This document shows positions 14,505 through 21,989 of a DNA stretch of 32,000 nucleotides, piece by piece. The notes under the pieces are model-generated. The model worked only from the letters and a program-made list of their open reading frames with translations, was not told where the DNA came from and did not search any database. Source of the stretch: Nostoc punctiforme PCC 73102 (GTDB taxonomy: Bacteria; Cyanobacteriota; Cyanobacteriia; Cyanobacteriales; Nostocaceae); the NCBI RefSeq assembly GCF_000020025.1, contig NC_010628.1, positions 2,190,001-2,222,000 on the forward strand, read 5' to 3'. Both the position numbers and the translations under genes were made by a program. Positions within the stretch are counted from its first letter, which is position 1; each line of letters begins with the position of its first letter.

Positions 14505-16625
14505 ATGCCTACAAAAGTTACTGTCAATTCGGGTTTGATAACCATTAACGATGGTTCATCTTTTTTAGTAACGGCTAGTGATGGTTCTATTGACGAAAAT
14601 TTACCTCAAGGTTTTTTTGTTTGGGACACACGGCTAATTTCTTACTACGAAATTTCTCTCAATCGCTGCCGACTTTCGCTATTAACCTCTAGCAATATCA
14701 CTCATCATAATGCGCTTTACCAATTTACTAATCTGCAACTTCCTACTATCAACGACTCTTTACCTCCTGGTAGTTTGCTTGTAACGGTTCGGCGCGACAT
14801 TGCAGAAGGTATGCATGAAGATATTGATATAACTAACTATCACAGTAAAGCTGTTGAGTTTCAATTAATGCTAGCTGTACGCTCTGATTTTGCAGATATT
14901 TTTGATGTCAAATCACAGCAAATATTGACGCGAGGTGAGACACAAACTAAATGGGAAAATGGTGTACTCACCACTGAATATCGCAACGGCTCTTTCTTCC
15001 GAGGTATTGTGATTGAGCCAGTTTGTGATAATTCTGAGCCACGCTATGCCAATGGTCGTTTAATGTTTGATGTGGTCATTGCTCCTGGGAAAACATGGCA
15101 CACTTGTGTTAATTTTATAGCCTTAGCCGATGGAAATATCTTCAAACCTCAAAGCACCTGCGCTGTGCCTCACAATACGAAAGCTGGGAAGGTTAGGGAT
15201 GAATTCCTGATGAATGCGACAAAGTTGCAATCGTCTAATGCTGAAATTGCCGAATACTATCAGCAAGCGATCGCGGATATGGGAGCGTTGCGGATTGAGG
15301 TGGATGATAATGGACATCAATTTTGGATGCCTGCTGCTGGTATTCCCTGGTTTGTTGCTGTTTTTGGACGTGACTCAATAATTGCTAGCTTGCAAGCGAT
15401 CGCAGTTTATCATGAATTTTCCCGTGGCACGTTACTGAAACTAGCTCAACTCCAGGCCACTGAGTTGGATGATTGGCACGATGCCCAACCGGGCAAAATG
15501 CTGCACGAAATGCGCCGCGATGAGTTAACTACATTAAACTTACTTCCATATCATCCCTACTACGGAACAGTAGATACTACCATCCTTTGGATTGTTACTT
15601 TAGCTGAAGCCTATAACTGGAACGCCGATGTTAGTATGCTTGATGAGTGTCGAGCGCCACTGGAAAAGGCACTAAGTTGGATTGACAAATACGGCGACTT
15701 TGACGGCGATGGCTTTGTTGAGTATTTAACTCATTCGTCAAAAGGATTACGCAATCAAGGTTGGAAAGATTCGGGTGATGCAATAGTTTACCCCGATGGG
15801 CAGTTAGTTGAGCCGCCAATCGCTTTGTGTGAAGTGCAAGGCTACGTTTATGATGCGTGGCTGAGGGCAGCTTTAATTTATGAAGTGTGGGGCGAAAAAG
15901 AGCAAGCTAAAAAGCTGCGTCAAAAAGCCGAAGAACTTTATCAGCGATTTAACGATCGCTTTTGGATGGATTCAGTTGGCTTTTACTGTTTAGGATTAGA
16001 CGATAAAAAGCAGCAAATTCAATCAATTGCCTCAAATCCTGGTCATCTCCTCTGGTCTGGTATTGTCCCACAAGAGCGAGCCAAAAAACTTGTTAACCGA
16101 CTTTTTCAACCAGATATGTGGTGTGGTTGGGGTGTGCGGACTCTTTCATCTGAAAATCAGGCATATAACCCAATTAGTTATCAACGAGGTAGTGTATGGC
16201 CTCACGACAACTCCATAATTGCGGCCGGATTAAAGCGATATGGCTATCATCAAGAAGCTAACCGCATTGCTGAGGGTATCTTTGCTGCTGCTAGTTATTT
16301 TCAAGCTGGACGAATGCCAGAATTGTTTGCGGGAATTGAACGTCAAGATGATAACTTTCCAGTCCCCTACCCAGATGCTAATATACCCCAAGCTTGGGCT
16401 GCTGGTTCAATTTTCTTACTCATTCGTACCATTTTAGGACTCAAAGCTGATGCTTCCAAACAACAGTTAAAAGTACAGCCGAATCTACCAGATTTCTTAC
16501 CCGATTTAGAACTCACAAATTTGTCTGTAGGAGACGCTACGGTGGGATTGCGCTTTTGGCGCGATGGCGAACAAACCCAATGGAAAGTTACCCATCTTGA
16601 TGGTGAATTAGAAGTTTCTACATAA
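14505..16625 (+). CDS. Amylo-alpha-1,6-glucosidase / glycogen-debranching-enzyme-like protein (GDE_N_bis + GDE_C (alpha/alpha)6 barrel)
   Basis: The ORF is about 706 aa. Motifs are AAGIPWFVAVFGRDS, NQGWKDSGDA, CEVQGYVYDA, YQRGSVWPHDN and PQAWAAGS. The ATG is at 14505, two codons after the TTG used by the ORF track. Confidence 0.85.
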   Translation: MPTKVTVNSGLITINDGSSFLVTASDGSIDENLPQGFFVWDTRLISYYEISLNRCRLSLLTSSNITHHNALYQFTNLQLPTINDSLPPGSLLVTVRRDIAEGMHEDIDITNYHSKAVEFQLMLAVRSDFADIFDVKSQQILTRGETQTKWENGVLTTEYRNGSFFRGIVIEPVCDNSEPRYANGRLMFDVVIAPGKTWHTCVNFIALADGNIFKPQSTCAVPHNTKAGKVRDEFLMNATKLQSSNAEIAEYYQQAIADMGALRIEVDDNGHQFWMPAAGIPWFVAVFGRDSIIASLQAIAVYHEFSRGTLLKLAQLQATELDDWHDAQPGKMLHEMRRDELTTLNLLPYHPYYGTVDTTILWIVTLAEAYNWNADVSMLDECRAPLEKALSWIDKYGDFDGDGFVEYLTHSSKGLRNQGWKDSGDAIVYPDGQLVEPPIALCEVQGYVYDAWLRAALIYEVWGEKEQAKKLRQKAEELYQRFNDRFWMDSVGFYCLGLDDKKQQIQSIASNPGHLLWSGIVPQERAKKLVNRLFQPDMWCGWGVRTLSSENQAYNPISYQRGSVWPHDNSIIAAGLKRYGYHQEANRIAEGIFAAASYFQAGRMPELFAGIERQDDNFPVPYPDANIPQAWAAGSIFLLIRTILGLKADASKQQLKVQPNLPDFLPDLELTNLSVGDATVGLRFWRDGEQTQWKVTHLDGELEVST

Positions 16626-16640
16626 TTATTATTTACTCTT

Positions 16641-17579
16641 ATGGCAAATAATTCATCTAATAAAACTATATATGCGGCGATGGGCGCTAACTTAGCGATC
16701 GCAATTACTAAATTTATTGCCGCCTCCATTACTGGCAGTTCCGCTATGATTTCTGAGGGGATTCATTCAGTTGTAGATACAGGCGACCAACTTGTACTTT
16801 TGCTAGGACTGCACAGAAGTCAAAAACCAGCAGATGATAGTCATCCCTTTGGATACGGTCAAGAACTTTATTTCTGGACTTTTATCGTTGCTATCCTGAT
16901 CTTTGCAATTGGTGGCGGGATGTCAATTTATGAAGGAATTACTCATTTAATTAACCCTAGCCCTTTAGAAGATCCAATATGGAATTATATTGTATTGAGT
17001 ATAGCAATAATATTAGAAGGTTTTTCTTGGACTGTAGCTTTAAAAGAATTTTTGCCGACTAAGGGTAAGCAAAATTTTTGGCAAGCAATCAAAAACAGTA
17101 AAGACCCAACAGTATTTACAGTATTATTTGAGGATACTGCCGCAATTCTAGGCTTAGTTGTGGCCTTAATCGGAATTTTCTTAGGAGATTTATTTAATAA
17201 TATTTATTTTGATGGTATCGCCTCTATTATTATTGGTATTATCTTGTCTATAGTAGCAGTACTACTAGCTAGAGAAAGTAAAGGATTATTAGTTGGTGAA
17301 AGTGCTAATCCTCAAACTATAGCTAATATCCGTTCTTTATCAAAAACAGAACCAGGGGTACAAGAAGTTATTCGGGTGCTAACAATGCAACTTGCTCCAC
17401 AGGAAGTATTACTCAACTTGGAAATCCAGTTTTCTAAAAATCTCACAGGCGAGGAAATAGCATTAACTGTAGAACGTTTAGAAATAAAAATTCGCCAGAA
17501 ACATCCTGAAATAAAACAAATTTTTATTGAAGCAAAGTCTTTAGCTGCTACTCGCAAATATTCTCAACCTTTCAATTGA
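16641..17579 (+). CDS. Cation diffusion facilitator (CDF) family divalent-metal efflux transporter
   Basis: The 312-aa ORF has 6 TM helices. Motifs are SAMISEGIHSVVDTGDQ (HxxxD metal site), HPFGYGQE and EDTAAILG, followed by a C-terminal cytoplasmic domain. It starts 15 bp after the GDE stop. Confidence 0.9.
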   Translation: MANNSSNKTIYAAMGANLAIAITKFIAASITGSSAMISEGIHSVVDTGDQLVLLLGLHRSQKPADDSHPFGYGQELYFWTFIVAILIFAIGGGMSIYEGITHLINPSPLEDPIWNYIVLSIAIILEGFSWTVALKEFLPTKGKQNFWQAIKNSKDPTVFTVLFEDTAAILGLVVALIGIFLGDLFNNIYFDGIASIIIGIILSIVAVLLARESKGLLVGESANPQTIANIRSLSKTEPGVQEVIRVLTMQLAPQEVLLNLEIQFSKNLTGEEIALTVERLEIKIRQKHPEIKQIFIEAKSLAATRKYSQPFN

Positions 17580-17654
17580 AGGACAATTTTGTTTCGATAA
17601 ATATCAACTACAGCATTTCCAAATAGCACTCAAAGCTTATCGGCACAATAAATT

Positions 17655-20051
17655 ATGGTAAAGATTATTGGTCAAGAACAGGCTTTTGGCTCACCCGGCA
17701 TCGATCCTCGATGGACTCATGCCAATAAGGATGCAGTCGGAACAGCTTATTTTACCTCTAGTCGCGTTTGGTTTACTGTTTGCAACGGTGTTGTGACAGA
17801 AGTCTACCACCCCACAGTAGACAAACCCCAAATTCGAGATTTGCAATATCTAATTTCTGATGGCAAAAGCTTTTTCCATGAGGAGAAACGGCATCTCGAA
17901 TCAAAAGTTGAACAGATGTGGACTCATGGTTTAGGATATCGCGTCACTAATTCCGATCCACAAGGGCGTTATGCTGCGATCAAAGAAGTGATTGCTGACC
18001 CCCATTTATCCTGTATTTTACAACATACAAAGTTAATAGGAGAGCGCGAGTTTATCTCGCAACTCCAGCTATACGCTTTGTGTGCGCCACATTTGGAAGT
18101 TGGCGGCAGAGGTAACAATGGTTACGTCATAGAAGTTGCTGGACATCAGATTCTAACGGCCGAGAAAGCAGGAAGATGGATGGTGCTAGGTGCAACGGTT
18201 CCCTTCAGCCGTCTTTCCTGTGGTTACGTCGGTCAAAGTGATGGGTGGACAGATTTAGCTGATAATTTCCAGATGGATTGGGAGTTTGACCGTGCTTTGG
18301 ATGGCAACATTGCTTTGACTGGACAACTAAATCTAGATGAGAGTCACGAGTTCACTTTGGGACTGGCATTTGGTACAACTCTGCACAATGCAATTTCCAC
18401 ACTGTTTCAGTCGCTAAATATTCCTTTTCAACAGCAGAAGCAACATTATATCGAACAGTGGAAGCGATCGCGCCAGGGCATCAAGCCATTAGAAAATATT
18501 TCATTCGATGATGGTAACTTGTATCACCACAGCATTAGTCTGCTTTTGGCCCATGAAGACAAAACTTATCCAGGTGCTTTAATTGCTTCCCTAGCAATTC
18601 CTTGGGGTGAAGCCAAAGACGACCAAGACCAAGGGGGATATCACCTTGTCTGGACGCGGGATATGGTTAGCAGTGTATCAGGTTTATTGGCTGCTGGGGA
18701 GACAGAAACAGCAGTGCGATCGCTCATTTATCTGGCCACGAGTCAGCAGGAAGACGGCGGTTTTGCCCAAAATTTCTGGGTTAATGGGGAACCTTACTGG
18801 AAGGGTATTCAACTAGATGAAGTGGGATTTCCTATTCTACTAGCATGGCTACTGCACCAACAAAAAATACCACTGAACTTTGATATTTATCCCATGATTT
18901 TACGGGCAGCAGGTTATTTAATTCGTCACGGCCCGGCTACCCAACAAGAACGCTGGGAAGAAAATAGCGGCTATTCACCTTCTACACTGGCATCTAATAT
19001 TGCCGCTTTAATCTGTGCTGCTCAATTTGTTCGTGAACGTGGGGATGAAGTAACAGCAAAATTTATCGAAGAATACGCCGATTTTTTAGAATGTCACGTT
19101 GAAGTTTGGACAGTTACTACCGAAGGTACTCTTGTACCTGGCATCAATCGGCATTACATCCGCATTACTCCTACAGATATTAATAATCCTCAACCCAACG
19201 AAAATCCTAATCAGGGAACTCTTTTGATCAGCAGTCAACCTCCTGGTGAACCAGCAGAATTTCCTGCGAAAGAAATTGTGGATGCAGGCTTTTTGCAACT
19301 AGTACGCTATGGAATTCGTAAACCTGACGATCCGATTATTGTTGATTCCGTCAAAGTAATTGATGCAGTCTTGAAAGTAAATACACCTGTTGGGCCTTGT
19401 TGGCATCGTTACAACCACGACGGCTATGGACAACAAGAAGACGGTAGTCCTTACACTGGTTGGGGTAAAGGACGCGCTTGGCCTCTCTTGACAGGAGAGA
19501 GGGGACATTATGAATTAGCTGTTGGTGGCGATGTCAAAACATATATCAAGGCAATGGAAGGATTTGCTTCAGACACTTGTTTGCTACCAGAACAGGTTTG
19601 GGATGAAGCAGATAGACCTGAAAGCCACATGTATTTAGGAAGACCAACAGGTTCCGCCATGCCTTTAATGTGGGCGCACGCAGAGTATATCAAGCTGCTA
19701 CGCTCAAATCATGACAATCAGGTATTTGATTTTATCCCAGAGGTGGCGAATCGCTATTTAGGCGAAAGACAAGAGTGCAAATTATTGGAAATGTGGAAGT
19801 TTAACCGTCAAATAGACAAAGTTAAAAAAGGTTATACATTGCGAATTCACGCTTTAGCTTCTTTTCGGTTGCATTGGTCGCAGGATGATTGGCAAACCGT
19901 AAAAGATACGCCTTCTACTTCCACAAAATTAGGAGTGGACTTTGTAGATATCTCTGTTTCAAATAACCAACAACAACCAATAAACTTTACCTTTTTCTGG
20001 ATTGAAAGTAGCAAATGGGAACAGCGAAATTATACAGTTTTAGTTGAGTAA
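17655..20051 (+). CDS. GH15 glucoamylase-family glycoside hydrolase (glucan 1,4-alpha-glucosidase, glucodextranase or trehalase type)
   Basis: The 798-aa ORF has an N-terminal beta-sandwich domain, then a catalytic (alpha/alpha)6 region. The catalytic motifs are GGYHLVWTRD, QQERWEENSGYSPSTLA (WEE general-acid motif) and LLPEQVWDE. A beta-rich extension of about 105 aa follows at the C-terminus. Confidence 0.9.
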   Translation: MVKIIGQEQAFGSPGIDPRWTHANKDAVGTAYFTSSRVWFTVCNGVVTEVYHPTVDKPQIRDLQYLISDGKSFFHEEKRHLESKVEQMWTHGLGYRVTNSDPQGRYAAIKEVIADPHLSCILQHTKLIGEREFISQLQLYALCAPHLEVGGRGNNGYVIEVAGHQILTAEKAGRWMVLGATVPFSRLSCGYVGQSDGWTDLADNFQMDWEFDRALDGNIALTGQLNLDESHEFTLGLAFGTTLHNAISTLFQSLNIPFQQQKQHYIEQWKRSRQGIKPLENISFDDGNLYHHSISLLLAHEDKTYPGALIASLAIPWGEAKDDQDQGGYHLVWTRDMVSSVSGLLAAGETETAVRSLIYLATSQQEDGGFAQNFWVNGEPYWKGIQLDEVGFPILLAWLLHQQKIPLNFDIYPMILRAAGYLIRHGPATQQERWEENSGYSPSTLASNIAALICAAQFVRERGDEVTAKFIEEYADFLECHVEVWTVTTEGTLVPGINRHYIRITPTDINNPQPNENPNQGTLLISSQPPGEPAEFPAKEIVDAGFLQLVRYGIRKPDDPIIVDSVKVIDAVLKVNTPVGPCWHRYNHDGYGQQEDGSPYTGWGKGRAWPLLTGERGHYELAVGGDVKTYIKAMEGFASDTCLLPEQVWDEADRPESHMYLGRPTGSAMPLMWAHAEYIKLLRSNHDNQVFDFIPEVANRYLGERQECKLLEMWKFNRQIDKVKKGYTLRIHALASFRLHWSQDDWQTVKDTPSTSTKLGVDFVDISVSNNQQQPINFTFFWIESSKWEQRNYTVLVE

Positions 20052-20176
20052 TTTATCTCTTCAGAAAACATAATTATCTAATATAGATTCCTAAAATAGC
20101 GATCGCCTCTGTTTCCACTAACTTATTAGTTCTAAATTTTTCTGAGATCGACCCACAATTCAAGAGAGCCATTTTT

Positions 20177-20635
20177 ATGCAGAATAACCAATCACACAAG
20201 CCGACAATTGACTACTGGCATGTCTGGACTGACCGCGATGGTATAAGTCACCAGTCCCGTTGTCAAATTCAGGACTTCATTGAGAAAGGCATAGCCCCTG
20301 ATACCTCACCTCAGTGGCTTTCTCAATTGAAGCAGTCTGGTGCCACAATTACCTTTACTGTGCTACCCGTGGGATGGGTTGGCAACTGGCATGAGAACCC
20401 AAAGCCTCAGTGGGTCATCCCTTTGTCGGGACGCTGGTTTGTAGAGACTATGGACGGGCAGCGAGTAGAGATGGGCCCTGGTGAGATTTCATTTGGAGAA
20501 GACCAAGGCACGAAGGCGGACGCGCAAGGTAATAAAGGTCACTTATCTGGAACAGTAGGTGATGCGCCAGCTGTTCTGATAATGGTGCAACTTGAAGAAA
20601 ATCCGACTTTCGAGCAATTTTGTCGATTTAGTTAA
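20177..20635 (+). CDS. Cupin-fold small protein (hypothetical)
   Basis: The 152-aa ORF has cupin-like motifs (VGNWHENPKPQWVIPLSGRWFVE and GPGEISFGED...GH). Confidence 0.6.
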   Translation: MQNNQSHKPTIDYWHVWTDRDGISHQSRCQIQDFIEKGIAPDTSPQWLSQLKQSGATITFTVLPVGWVGNWHENPKPQWVIPLSGRWFVETMDGQRVEMGPGEISFGEDQGTKADAQGNKGHLSGTVGDAPAVLIMVQLEENPTFEQFCRFS

Positions 20636-20722
20636 CTAGTACCGCAAGGCGGAATTAAAAATTAATACAGTGTAAGCATTTCATTGATTTAGAAGGGGTG
20701 GTTTTCCGCCGTGTTGTACTAG
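20636..20722 (+). other. Long imperfect hairpin or inverted-repeat element immediately after the cupin stop codon
   Basis: The left arm is CTAGTACCGCAAGGCGGAA (20636-20654). The right arm is TTCCGCCGTGTTGTACTAG (20704-20722). They pair at 16 of 19 positions, with a loop of about 49 nt. There is no clear U-tract. Confidence 0.35.
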
Positions 20723-20898
20723 CAACAGCGATCGCTACTAACCATCATCTGGTTAAAAAGTTTGTTTACTTCTGTGGGGAATCATTCGGTAGTTGCTTGG
20801 TGCTAAAAATTATAGAAAATTTTCCTCCACGATATCAAATTTTACGATCGGCTAATTTTCTCGTTGCGTAATGAATGTAGTATCTCAAGTGTTGTGTA

Positions 20899-21953
20899 AT
20901 GACTCATAATCTTATTGGTAAACAAACTGTTTGGCAGAAATTGGCTTTGAGAATTTTTAGTATAGCGTTGCTGCCTACACTAACTACTTATCCCGCTTTC
21001 GGTGCAGAGCGCCTAAAATTTAATTATGGTGTTTTAGAAAGGTCTATCCCCATTAGTTCGCTTGAAAACTATGCTAGAACAGGCAATGTAGATGATGATT
21101 TTGCTGGATATAGTAAGTATGTAGACAAAAAACAACTAACTCAACTGCGGAAAGTTTTACTAACTCGCATTCCCTTAAATGAAGTAGAAATTTCGCAGTT
21201 CCTTTATACACCAATTGGTGAGCGATTATTACAAAGATTGGGGAAAATTATTCAGACAGAATCTAGATTGTCAGGCTTTTATGCAATTCGCTCGGCACTA
21301 ATTTTATCAGCCGCAGATCAAAAAGATTTTACCCTCTTAAATATATTACAAAAGTTTCCTGCAAGCTCAATTTCAATTAACTTAAACCAGACTTTAGAAA
21401 TAGCAGAGACATTACAAGATTTAGTAAATCAAACTCAAAATGCAGTAACACTTATTAACGAAGAATCTCAACAAAATGTAATCACTGTTTCTAAGCTTGA
21501 TTCTATTCCATTGATGGACTTAGGAAAAACGGGAAGTTTTCGTTTCTTAAAGCAAACTATTACCCTTAATGACCTTTCACGTAATCGAAGGTTCTTAGCT
21601 GATATTTACCTCCCAGTTGCTCCAACTCCTCGAAAGATAATTGTTATTTCGCATGGTTAAAAACTTCAAACAAATATTTAACACTTATCAATGGCGGGAC
21701 ACACTTTTCTACAATTGCCGAATCACCCAATGCAAGTATTCCTATTCCTACGCAAGCAGTCGGTTCAAGTCCAGGTTTAGCACGTCGCTATGTTAAAGCT
21801 TTAAGTGTTCCTTTCTTTGAAACGTATATTGCTGGACAGCCAAGTTACCTTCCATACTTGAGTACAGGATACGTTAATAAAATTAGTCAACAGCCACTAC
21901 CGTTAAGTCTAATTACATCTCTGACATCTGAAGAACTAAAAAAATATAAATAA
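20899..21953 (+). pseudogene. DUF1400 + alpha/beta-hydrolase gene disrupted by an internal deletion and frameshift
   Basis: The 253-aa ORF has a signal peptide and a DUF1400-like region (ERLKFNYGVLERSIPISSLENYARTG...FLYTPIGERLLQRLGKIIQTES). It stops at VISHG*, right at the hydrolase oxyanion HG motif. The C-terminal end of the same family continues in a different frame from about 21687 to the stop at 21951-21953 (INGGTHFSTIAESP...YVKALSVPFFETYIAGQPSYLPYLS...). The nucleophile elbow and the acid residue are missing. Confidence 0.65.
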
Positions 21954-21989
21954 CTTCTAATAAAGATGAAGCCAACGCGTTTTATGCAT

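Noticed and set aside
21762-21772. GGTTCAAGTCC resembles a tRNA T-arm and loop.
   Set aside because: The flanking bases cannot form the T stem or an acceptor stem. The segment is in frame within the hydrolase pseudogene C-terminal remnant (AVGSSPGL).
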